This document shows positions 50,098-61,055 of a stretch of DNA of 64,000 bases, one piece after another. Positions within the stretch are counted from its first letter, which is position 1. Each line of letters begins with the position of its first letter. The notes below the pieces were generated by a model. It saw nothing but the letters and a program-made list of their open reading frames with translations, did no database searches and was not told the DNA's origin. This DNA comes from Malacoraja senta (taxonomy: Eukaryota): positions 10,976,001 through 11,040,000 of the forward strand of contig CM075995.1 in the NCBI GenBank assembly GCA_038087875.1, written 5' to 3'. A program made the position numbers and the translations under genes.

Positions 50098-51084
50098 ATA
50101 GTTAGATTAATCGAGAACTTACCAGTTTGAAGTTTGAACTTTATTTTATGAGGAGTTACGATGAGGGACGACATGAAGAAGACCCCGTCCAGCCGCACAC
50201 GCGTAAATCTTCAAAGCAGCGGTGTGAAATCACAGATAATAATTACTGAAGTATGATAGTAAGATACGTGAAGACTAGAACTACCAGTTGACCTTTATGA
50301 GGGGTGGGAGGGCACGTAGTCCCTCATCGTAACTCCTCAAAAAATAAAGATTAAACTTCAAACTGGTAAGTAAGAAACATAGAAACATAGGAAATAGGTG
50401 CAGGAGTAGGCCATTCGGCCCTTCGGGCCTGCATCGCCATTCAATATGATCATGGCTGATCATCCAACTAAATATCCTGTACCTGCCTTCCCTCCATACC
50501 CCCTGATCCCTTTAGGCACAAGGGCCACATCTAACTCTCTCTTAAATATAGTCAATGAACTGGCCTCAACTACCATCTGTGGCAGAGAATTCCACAGATT
50601 CACCACTCTCTGTGTGAAAAATGATTTTCTCATCTCGGTCCTAAAAGACTTCCCCCTTATCCTTAAACTGTGACCCCTTGTTCTGGACTTCCCCAACATC
50701 GGGAACAATCTTCCTGCATCTAGCCTGTCCAACCCCTTAAAAATCTTGTACGTTTCTATAAGATCCCCCCTCAATCTTCAAAATTCTAGCGAGTACAAGC
50801 CGAGTCTATCCAGACTTTCTTCATATGAAAATCCTGCCATCCCAGGAATCAGTCAGGTGAACCTTCTCTGTACTCCCTTATGGCAAGAATGTCTTTCCTC
50901 AGATTTGGTGACCAAAACTGTACGTAATACTCCAGGTGTGGCCTCACCAAGACCCTGTACAACTGCAGTAGAAGCTCCCAGTCTCTTATACTCAAATCCT
51001 TGTGTTATGAATGCTAACATACCATTCGCTTTCTTCACTGCCTGCTGCACCTGCATGCCTACTTTCAATGACTGGTGTGCCATG

Positions 51085-51293
51085 TTTAAAGACTTGTCAA
51101 GCACATAGTCTTCACTCTTAGTTTATTGCATACATTGTATTCGTATACACACATATTGCCCTAGCTGTTCGTGGTCCGTTACCGGAGCTAGAGAGCGAGC
51201 TAGGGGTGGGAAGGTTACAATTATACTGAAGATAATGGGGAGTGCTTAGTCGTGGTGAGGTCATTATGTTAAAGGAACATGCACGGTTCTACA
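51085..51293 (-). repeat. Gypsy 3' LTR
   Basis: Direct repeat of 55582-55790, ~6 differences by eye. Confidence 0.95.
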
Positions 51294-51397
51294 TCCTTCC
51301 CCTTGAAAAGGGAAACATTACAATGATGACAGTGAGACAACCACTCATACGCTAGACACAAACCCGCGCGTACATCGTCAGGAAAAACTTGAAACAT

Positions 51398-54300
51398 TCA
51401 AGCAAACTCCCTGTAACGTTCAGGCGGCTTGACCAGACGCCCGGAGCGGGTACGCAGCCCGCCTTCCCCCCCCTCCGAAGGAAGAGCAGGTACCGGGGCA
51501 GGAGTGGCGATAGGGGATCCGAGAGGAGAATGAGCAGGAGAGGGAGGACGAGGAGACCGGGGAGGAGAAACGGGCCCCGCAACAGGCACGCGAGCGGGAG
51601 AGGTCTGATGGGGGGGGCCAGGAGGAGCAGCGGGAGAACGAGGCACCAAGGGTCGCGAGGGCAGAGTCCTGGGCATGGGAGGAGCGGTAGGCAACGAGGT
51701 GGCAACCGGGGGAGCAAAAGGGGCTGCGGGAGGCGGAGCGGGCTCGTTGACCGGCAGCAAATGCTGGCGGGACCGGCGGTAGATGGTGCCCTCGTAGTCA
51801 ACTAGGTAAGAGCGCGGAGAGTCTGCAAAGTCGATGACAACAGCCAAGCGGTGGTGTCCGGAGGGGGACTGCATCCGGACGACCTGGCCCTTGAAGAGGG
51901 GCTGAAGGGGACGGCATGATTTGTCGTGGGAGCGCTTCTGGACGACCTGTTTCTGGGTAATGCGCTCCTGGACAGCAGCAGGGCTGCGGACTGCCGGCTG
52001 TAGGGATCGCTGGGAGACAGGGATAGGAGGGCGAGTGGTGCGGGACATGAGCCGTTGAGCGGGTGAGCCCATGGCAGGGTCGCGACAAATATTTCGGAGA
52101 TTCAGTAGAGCCAGATAAAAATCCGAATGCGATAGTCTACAATGTTCCAGCAGCTCCTTGGCACTGCGGACGGCGCGCTGAGCAAGGCCGTTGCTCTGCG
52201 GGTATTCAGGGCTGCTGGTGATGTGGCGAAAGTTGTAGGCGGCGGCGAAAGCGCGGAACTCAGCACTCGTGAACTGGCCCCCGTTGTCAGACTGCACAGT
52301 CACAGGAATGCCAAAGGTCCCAAAGTGGCGTTTCATCTTCCCGATGACCGCAGCAGAAGTGAGGGAGTGCAGACGCTCAATCTCAAACCAGCTGGAGTAG
52401 GAGTCGACCAGGACCAGGAAATGTTTGCCACGCCACTCAAATATGTCCGTAGCGACCGCCATCCACGACAGGGCGGGGGCAGGCTGTTGCAGGATTGGCT
52501 GGCGTTGCTGGTGTGGAGAGAGGGTATTGCAGGTTGAGCAGGCAGAGACCCTCTCCCGGATGTCCTGTGCCATGCCGGGCCAATAAAATTGGCTCTGGGC
52601 CTGGGACAGGGTGGCATCGGCACCGGGATGGCCGCTGTGGGCAGTTTTGAAATAGTGGTCCCGCAGCGCAGCAGGTACCACAACCTTGTGGCCCTTCACC
52701 ACCACGCCGTGCTGCAGCACAAGTTCATCCCGGACTAGGAAGTAGGGCGCAGCACCAGCGGGCAAGGGTGAGCGACGGTCAGGCCAGCCATGACGGATGA
52801 CGTCTATAAGCTGTTGCAGGGCAGGATCATTGGCAGTGTGGTGAATCAGGGACTGCATCTGCTGGGAAGGCATGAAGTTGACGTTTAGCACCATCAGGTC
52901 GGATGACTCGTACGGGTGGCGGGCAGTAGAAGCCAGCGGTGCGCGGGACAGCATGTCGGCCACAAACATGTCCTTGCCCTTTCGGTACACGATTTGAAAC
53001 GTGAAGCGTTGGAGTTGCAGCATCATACGCTGCAAACGGGAAGAAGCCACGTGGATCGGTTTGTTCAAGATCGTGACCAGCGGCTGGTGGTCGGTTTCGA
53101 TAGTGAAAGTGTTACCCAGAATGTAGTCCCTGAACTTCGAGCAGGCAAACACCACGGCAAGGAGCTCCTTCTCGATCTGAGCCTAGCGTTGCTCGGTAGG
53201 AGTCATAGTGCGGGAGGCGTAGGAGACAGGTAGTTGCAGGCGGTCGTAGATTTGCAGGCAGGCGGCACCGAGACCGAAACTTGAGGCATCGCAGGTAAGG
53301 ACGATGGGGCGCTTTAAGTCGAAGAACTGGAGAGTGGGGGTGCGAACCAGCCGGGATTTTAAGTCATCGAAGGCTGCCTGATGCAGCGGGTACCAAACCC
53401 AGGCGGTGTCCTTCTTGGTCAGTTCCCTCAGGGGCGCACACAGCTCGCTGAGGTCGGGAATGAATTTCCCCAGGTAGTTCACCATGCCCAAGAAGCGCTG
53501 CAGGCTGGGCACGTTGACCGGAGCTGGCATCCCAGAGACCGCAGCTGTTTTCTGCGGGTCTGGTTTCAGACCCTCAGCCGTAAAAACGTGGCCCACGTAG
53601 GTGACCTCCGGGACGCGGAAGCGGCACTTCTTGGGGTTCAGTTTGAGGTTGATCTCCCGAGCCCGATCCAGGACTTGGCGGAGGTGGAGGTCGTGCTCAG
53701 CTACGTCCCTCCCGTACACCAAGATGTCATCGACGATGATAGCACACGGCAGACCTGTAAATAGCTGCTCCATGGTGCGCTGGAAAACCTCGCTGGCAGA
53801 ATTGATCCCGAAAGGCATGCGGAGGAAACGGAACCTGCCGAAAGGTGTACCGAACGTGGTCAGGAAAGATGAACGTTCATCCAGCGGAATCTGCCAGAAA
53901 GAGCTCTTGGCATCGAGGACAGAGAATACAGTGGCTGGGCCAACCTTTGCAACGACATCCTCCACCGTTCGCATGGGGTAGTGCGGGCGCTTGATGGCAA
54001 GGTTTAGGTCCTTGGGGTTGATACAGATCCGAATCTCACTCTTGTCCTTCTTAGCAGCAACGACCATGGTGGAGACCCACCGGGTGGCCACACTCACCTC
54101 CTTGATGATGCCCACGGCCACCATCTGGCGCAGAGTCGACTCCACCCTGTCCTTCATAGCAAAGGAGAGCCGGGCGGACTACCGGATGGACCTCCGGGTC
54201 CACCTCGATTTCGTACTTGCAGGGTAGTTTGCCCAATACATCGTCAAAACGGTCGGGGTATTCGCACATGGGATCCAAGGGGGTCTGCACCAGGTGGATA

Positions 54301-54597
54301 TCGCGGTGGAAGGAAACCAAACCGAGGTCCTGGCACGCACTGGCGCCCAACAGAGTAACATTCTCAGATTCCAGCAGGAGGAAAGAGAGTGGCCGAAAGG
54401 CCTTCAGAACTGTGCAGATAAGGGTGGCCTTGCCGACCGGGAATAGCAGCAGTAATGTTCTCACCAGATCTTATCTGCTGAAAGAGGCTTAACGACATAA
54501 CATTCGCAAACGCCCCCGTGTCTACCTTGGCAGAAAAGGTCTTTCCATTCACAGTAACTCGAACTGATGGATCAGGTATCAAAGCATGTGCACCCAA
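51398..54597 (-). pseudogene. Gypsy pol (PR-RT-RH-IN)
   Basis: AKVDTGA, LDAKSSFWQ, RMPFGI, IIVDD, CDASSFGLGA, ETDHQPL, HSGH..CSTC, VATD..SDNG..PQSNGLA. Stop at 53183-53185 and frameshifts near 54.2-54.45 kb. Confidence 0.92.
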
Positions 54598-54657
54598 GAC
54601 TGAAAAAACAAGCGATACATCATGGGAGGAGCTGTTATCAGAATCAGGGAGTTCGAC

Positions 54658-55488
54658 TCAAAGGTATTCGGAGCCATAAACACTATCAGTAGCAGTCAGG
54701 TTGTGTAGACTCTTTCTCTGAGCAGAGACAGGCTGGCCCCTGGAACGGCACACTGCGGAGAAGTGATTAACCTTCTTACAAAAATTACAAGTCTTACCCA
54801 GCGCAGGGCAAACATTAAATTGATGACTGACAAAGTTGCAGTTTGGGCATCGACGAGGGTTAGCCCTCGCGAGCGCGGGAGTGCTACGCTGGCGTGGCGG
54901 GCCATCGCGCCGCGGGCGTTCAGCAGCACCGGCATAGTTAATGTCCTGAGCCTCAGGGGGAGATACGGAGTCGACAGCAGCAGCCATGCGAGAGGCATGC
55001 AAAGCGTCGTTTAAAGTGAGGTCCGGCTTTCTCAGAAGCTCAGCCCGTAGCTTCACGTCCTGTAGACCGTGAACTAGGACATCTCTGACCATTTGGTCGG
55101 GGGTCAACGTGTCCAGGCGGCAACGCCGAGCCAGGTGACGCAACGATACAATGAAGGTGTCGATGTGCTCCCCGGGTTTCTGGCCCCTGCTGAAAAACTT
55201 GAACCGCTCTATAATGCAATTGGTGGGAATGTCACACAGCGCGGCAAATTTATTGGTGAGACATATCGGGTCCTCTGCATGCTCACCATCGGCGTACTCG
55301 AAAGATTCAAAACGTTCCATGGCCTCCGGGCCAGCCAGGTTGAGGAGCAGATGTGCTGTAACCGCAGGGGTAGCATTAGGATGAGCGATGGCGACATAGT
55401 GCTGGAAGTCGCGCCGGAAGACAGTCCACCGGTGAACGATGTCGGAGTCAAACACCAGAACGTCAGGCTTACGACACGAACTGGCCAT
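54658..55488 (-). CDS. Gypsy gag
   Basis: Open ORF with two knuckles, CPNC..H..C and CNFCKKVNHFSAVC. Confidence 0.85.
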   Translation of the reverse strand: MASSCRKPDVLVFDSDIVHRWTVFRRDFQHYVAIAHPNATPAVTAHLLLNLAGPEAMERFESFEYADGEHAEDPICLTNKFAALCDIPTNCIIERFKFFSRGQKPGEHIDTFIVSLRHLARRCRLDTLTPDQMVRDVLVHGLQDVKLRAELLRKPDLTLNDALHASRMAAAVDSVSPPEAQDINYAGAAERPRRDGPPRQRSTPALARANPRRCPNCNFVSHQFNVCPALGKTCNFCKKVNHFSAVCRSRGQPVSAQRKSLHNLTATDSVYGSEYL

Positions 55489-55581
55489 AGTACATAAAGG
55501 GTTTGAAAGGAAAATAAAAACTTGGAGAAAAGAAAACAAACCAGATAAACAGGAGACGCAGGGTTCAACTTTTTGACACCA

Positions 55582-55790
55582 TATAAAGACTTGTCAAACA
55601 CATAGTCTTCACTCTTAGTTTATTGCATACATTGTATTCATATACACACATATTGCCCTAGCTGTTCGTGGTCCGTTACCGGAGCTAGAGAGCGAGCTAG
55701 GGGTGGGAAGGTTACAATTATACTGAAGATAATGGGGAGTGGTTAGTAGTGGTGAGGTCATTATGTTAAAGGAACATGCACGGCTCTACA
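55582..55790 (-). repeat. Gypsy 5' LTR
   Basis: Starts TGTAG on the minus strand and abuts the PBS. Confidence 0.95.
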
Positions 55791-57148
55791 CCATGACACC
55801 CAGATCTCGTAGCATCTCCCTTTTTCCTAATCGGCCACCATTCAGATAATAGTCTACTTTCCTGTTTTTGCCACCAAAGTGGATAACCTCACATTTATCC
55901 ACATTATACTGCATCTGCCATGCATTTGCCCACTCACCCAACCTATCCAAGTCACCGTGCAGCCTCCTAGCATCCTCCTCACAGCTAACACTGCCCCCCA
56001 GCTTCGAGTCATCCGCAAACTTGGAGATGTTGCATTCAATTCCCTCATCCAGTTCATTAATATATATTGTAAATAGCTGGGGTCCCAGCACTAAGCCTTG
56101 CGGTGCCCACACTAGTCAATGCCTGCCATTCTGAAAAGGTCCCGTTTACTCCTACTCTTTGTTTCCTGTCTGCCAGCCAGTTCTCAATCCACATCAATAT
56201 TGAACCCCCAATACCGTGTGCTTTAAGTTTGCATACTAAACTCTTATGTGGGACCCTGTCGAAAGCCTTCTGAAAGTCCAGATATAACACATCCACTGGT
56301 TCTCCCTTATCCACTCTACTAGTTACATCCTCGAAAAATTCTATAAGATTCGTCATACATGATTTACCTTTCATAATCCATGCTGACTTTGTCCAATGAT
56401 TTCACCACTTTCCAAATGTGCTGCTATCCCATCTTTAATAACTGACTCTAGCATTTTCCCCACTACCGATGTTAGACTAACTGGTCTGTAATTCCCCGTT
56501 TTCTATCTCCCTCCCTTTTTAAAAAGTGGGGTTACATTAGCTTCCCTCGTTTAACCTTACTATTTTACTTCGGAGTCACGTGAGTGACTGCGTGAAGATT
56601 TCAAAGCTCTGTAATTTCATGCCGTAGATTCGAATCCAGGCGTCTCACTGCATTGATTGACTCTAAATGAGTAAACTTAATACTCAATCCAAAACAGCAC
56701 CCCCAAATAACCCAGGTTCTCCTTATGGTAATATTGTGAAACATCCGTTCACTAGCCCATCCTGCGGCCGCGAGGATATGGTCTATTGGAACGTCCAAAT
56801 CCTTGGCCGCCGATGTTGATGCCGCCATGGTGGAATGAGATTTAAATTTGTCAGTATCAATATATGCATCAACCAACATCAGCCATCTTGAACTAGTCTC
56901 AACCGACCCTTTCTTATGCGGTTTTATATGGCTGATAAAGAATGCTGATTCTGCTCCTCTTAAGGTTCTGGTGGCTTCAATGTAACATCGTAAATTTGAT
57001 ACTACACATAGACGTGGATCCGTAGGATATGCTGAAAACCCAACATATTCTGTGCTTCCAGGTCTACTCTGTTTAAGCAAATCATAGACATAGAACGTAA
57101 TGGCATCTGCTGCTATTTTCATCAGGTCTATCCGTAGTTTCTGCAATG

Positions 57149-58918
57149 CCAAAAGAGATGGGGGAGATATTGAACAATTTCTTTTCTTCGGTATTCACGA
57201 AGGAGAAGGATATGGAATTATGTGAGGTAAGGGAAACAAGCAGAGTAGCAATGGAAACTGTGAGATTCAAAGAAGAGGAGGTGCGGACCCTTTTGAAAAA
57301 TATGAAAACGGATAAGTCTCCAGGTCCTGACAGGATATTCCCTAGGACATTGAGGGAAGTTAGTGTAGAAATAGCAGGGGCTATGACAGAAATATTTCAA
57401 ATGTCATTAGAAACGGGAATAGTGCCAGAGGATTGGTGTACTGCGCATGTTGTTCCGTTGTTTAAAAAGGGTTCGAAGAGTAAACCTAGCAATTATAGAC
57501 CTGTTAGTTTGACGTCAGTGGTGGGCAAATTAATGGAAAGGATACTTAAAGATAATATATATAAGCATCTGGATAAGCAGGGTCTGATTAGGAACAGTCA
57601 ACATGGATTTGTGCCTGGAAGGTCATGTTTGACTAATCTTCTTGAATTTTTCGAAGAGGTTACTAGGGAAATTGATGAGGGTAAAGCAGTGGATGTTGTC
57701 TATATGGACTTCAGTAAGGCCTTTGACAAGGTTCCTCATGGAAGGTTGGTTAAGAAGATTCAACTGTTGGGTATTAATGGTGGAGTAGCAAGATGGATTC
57801 AACAGTGGCTGAATGGGAGATGCCAGAGAGTAATGGCGGATGGCTGTTTGTCAGGTTGGAGGCCGGTGACTAGTGGGGTGCCTCAGGGGTCTGTGTTGGG
57901 TCCACTGTTGTTTGTCATGTACATCAATGATCTGGATGATGGTGTGGAAAATTGGATTAGTAAGTATGCAGATGATACTAAGATAGGTGGTGTTGTGGAT
58001 AATGAAGTAGATTTTCAAAGTCTACAGAGAGATTTAGGCCATTTGGAAGAGTGGGCTGAAAGATGGCAGATGGAGTTTAATGCTGACAAATGTGAGGTGC
58101 TACATCTCGGCAGGACAAATCAAAATAGGACGTACACGGTAAATGGTAGCGAATTGAGGAATGCAGTTGAACAGAGGGATCTAGGAATAACTGTGCATAG
58201 TTCCCTGAAGGTGGAATCTCATGTAGATAGGGTGGTAAAGAAAGCTTTTGGTGTGCTGGCCTTTATAAATCAGAGCATTGAATATAGAAGTTGGGATGTA
58301 ATGTTAAAATTGTACAAGGCATTGGTGAGGCCAATTCTGGAGTATGGAGTACAATTTTGGTCGCCTAATTATAGGAAGAATGTCAACAAAATAGAGAGAG
58401 TACAGAGGAGATTTACTAGAATGTTGCCTGGGTTTCAGCAACTAAGTTACAGAGAAAGGTTGAACAAGTTAGGTCTTTATTCTTTGGAGCGCAGAAGGTT
58501 AAGAGGGGACTTGATAGAGGTCTTTAAAATTATGAGCGGGTTAGGCAGAGTGGACGTGGATAAGCTTTTCCCATTGAGAGTAGGGAAGATTCAAACAAGG
58601 GGACATGACTTGAGAATTAAGGGACAGAAGTTTAGGGGGAACATTAGGGGGAACTTCTTTACTCAGAGAGTGGTAGCTGTGTGGAATGAGCTTCCAGTCG
58701 AAGTGGTGGAGGCAGGTTCGATGTTATCCTTTAAAAATAGATTGGATGGGTATATGGACGGGAAAGGAATGGAGGGTTATGGTCTGAGTGCAGGTAGATG
58801 GGACTAGGGGGAAGTATTTATTTTTAATTTAAAAAAAAATTTAAAAAAAATGTTCGGCACGGACTTGAAGGGCCTAGATGGCCTGTTTCCGTGCTGTTAT
58901 GGTTATATGGTTATGGTT
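57149..58918 (+). mobile_element. CR1, 5'-truncated with uninterrupted RT frame, inserted in DIRS YR
   Basis: 553-aa ORF 57146-58807. (tatggt)n tail. Host ctgcaatg|tttgcac rejoins. Confidence 0.93.
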
Positions 58919-59490
58919 ATGTTTGCACTCTCGGTGCTGAAACCAGTGCCTTGAGCATGACTACCTTCATGGTAATTTTGGTCAAGGAAAAAGCTGCAAT
59001 AGGAGTCCGTTGACCAAGGCGCATTAGCACATCTCTTACATTCCAGATTTCTGTATACTTCCGTCTAGGAGGCTCTGAATTGAAAATTCCCTTCATAAAT
59101 CTACACACCAAAGGGTGTGACCCTACAGTATTTTGTTCTGATTCCCTCCATAGCTATGCAGTATTGATCGCACTATAGCTTAACTGCAATTTAAAATAAA
59201 GAGTTGACAGAAACTCCAACACGTCTGAGATGTCTGCAGTGTGATATGTAATAGTCTGCCTTAAGCAAAACACCTCCCATTTCCTTTTGTAAGAAATGTA
59301 CTACTTCTGGGTACTATCCCTCCAGGCTGCCGCAATAACATCCACAGTACGATCTGATAGTCCTCTTCCGAGATATGGCCTCCTTAGAATCTGCAAATCA
59401 ACAAACCAATATGATCATGTAAAGGATGCGAATCACCAGTTACAGGGTGCACAAATAGGTTTTCCTGTTTGGGAATAATCATAAGGGCAT

Positions 59491-60351
59491 TGTGACCATT
59501 TTTAACACCAAAGGGTACCATGGTGAAAAAGTTACTTTTATAACTACTAAACCAGGTTCGCTTCTCAATAAACAGACACCACACAAACTGTTTGGTAGAC
59601 CAGTTCAAACTTTACTTAACATCGGCCGATGGAAGGGAGCGAGAATTCCAGCTAAGTGACCAATGTAGACACTCGACTGTCCTCGGTCCCCTTCTCTGAA
59701 CAACAGAATTACATCGCATTATATAGTGTTTCTTTGTCACATTAGCACATTCCACAGACATTAGTCATGGTCAGAGGTACAGGAAAAGGCATCACATCAA
59801 AGGCCTTTTGTTTACAGGTTATGATATACTATAAACATTGGCCATTTGTTTTAGGTCATTTTATCTTCAAAGAGATCACCCTAGCTCTTTCGCTGTTTCC
59901 TCTCTGTCACTTGGTCCTTCATAAACATAGGCCATTTGTTTTATGGCATCTTATCTTTCCACTTCCCTGGATCCTCTCTCATCACTTCGCCCCTCCTAAA
60001 CATTGGTCATTTGGTTTACAGCGTCTTACTTCAAAGATGTGACTAGCTGTTTCTCTCTTCCTTTATTGCCTCCTCCCCCATAAACATTGGTCATTTGGTT
60101 CATGGCATCTTACTTCAAAGATGTGACTAGTTGTTTCTTTCTCTGTCACTTCCTCACTTGGGAGACAATGTTATGGTATTTATTATCTCAATACCCCAAA
60201 ACCTGAGGCAACTTAACTTGCCTTTCTGTATTATTCTACTGGAGAAAAGCCTGATTTGAGACTAAATATAAGCTGTAAGCTTTTCTTATATTTTTAACAT
60301 AATTCAGCTTTATCATTCCATCCTTTTATCAAAATCTTGATAATCACTACA
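59491..60351 (-). repeat. Probable ERV 3' LTR
   Basis: On the minus strand: TG(tagtg)..(ggtca)CA, four U3-like repeats (aaacattgg.catttg on +), TATATAA at ~59719-59725, AGTAAA at ~59610. No partner LTR in the window, and the PPT is weak. Confidence 0.5.
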
Positions 60352-60923
60352 GTCCTTGCCGAGTACATACGAAAGACCATAAGCATCTCATCAGGCAAAT
60401 TATCTTACTGTCTGTAGTCAGGGTATCTTTGCTGCATTTGTCATGTTTGACTCCAATCTTGTTTAAAATCCTTTAAATGTGGGTTAGTCCGCAAGTTTGC
60501 CATTCTGAAGAAAGTCCAGTCCATGTGGGCCACCCCAGAATAAAAGAGGGTCAATAGCTCCACAAACCGTTCACAGTCAATCAAATGTATCCAACGACGA
60601 TGATCTTCAATCTTCACAGCAGTTTATGTTGTTGATAGCACTTGGTTTTTCCTTTCAACACAATCTCAATTTCTTCTTGTCCCAGCACATGGTCATTTTG
60701 TAGCCTTTATGGACTCGTCCCTGTGCTCACAGCTCCTCTAACCTGGGAATGCAGATCTGGCAAGACCTGGATTAATTGCTGTCCATACATAATTAGTTAA
60801 TTGCCCAGGGCCTGTAGGTGGCTTCCCCCCACTCTCCAGGGTGTGGGCACAGCAGCCTTTCCTGAATCAATAAAAAAGTTGTAAATCCTGTTTCTCTAGC
60901 TGCAGTTGAATAACCCCAATCTA

Positions 60924-61055
60924 CTCTGAAGAAGGGCTTCGGCCTGAAATGATGCCTATTTCCTTCGCTCCATAGATGCTGCCTCATCCCATGAGTTTCT
61001 CCAGCACTTTTGTCTACCTTTGATTTTCCAGCATCTGCAGTTCCTTCTTAAACAC
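60924..61055 (+). repeat. Penelope-terminus-like repeat inserted in ERV
   Basis: Homologous to 37757-37885. Confidence 0.65.

Larger units (their letters stand above)
51085..55790 (-). mobile_element. Complete Ty3/Gypsy LTR retrotransposon (Mag/K02A2.6-like), inactivated
   Basis: Two 209-bp LTRs with TSD ccatg. PBS tggtgtcaaaaagt (tRNA-Leu-like). PPT aaggggaagga. Order is gag, PR (VDTGA), RT (IVDD), RH, IN. Confidence 0.95.
50372..56545 (-). mobile_element. CR1 fragment inserted in the DIRS ICR, itself split by Gypsy
   Basis: 3' part 50372-51084 and RT part 55791-56545 join across ccatg. Confidence 0.88.
50097..59490 (-). mobile_element. DIRS1-type element, copy 3 (3' part only: terminus, ICR, YR, end of MT)
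   Basis: Terminus/ICR 50097-50371 resumes at 56546. YR at 56601-57148 (HST.AASTS, ILAAAGW) and 58919-59390. MT end HPVTG..LLICRF. Confidence 0.88.
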
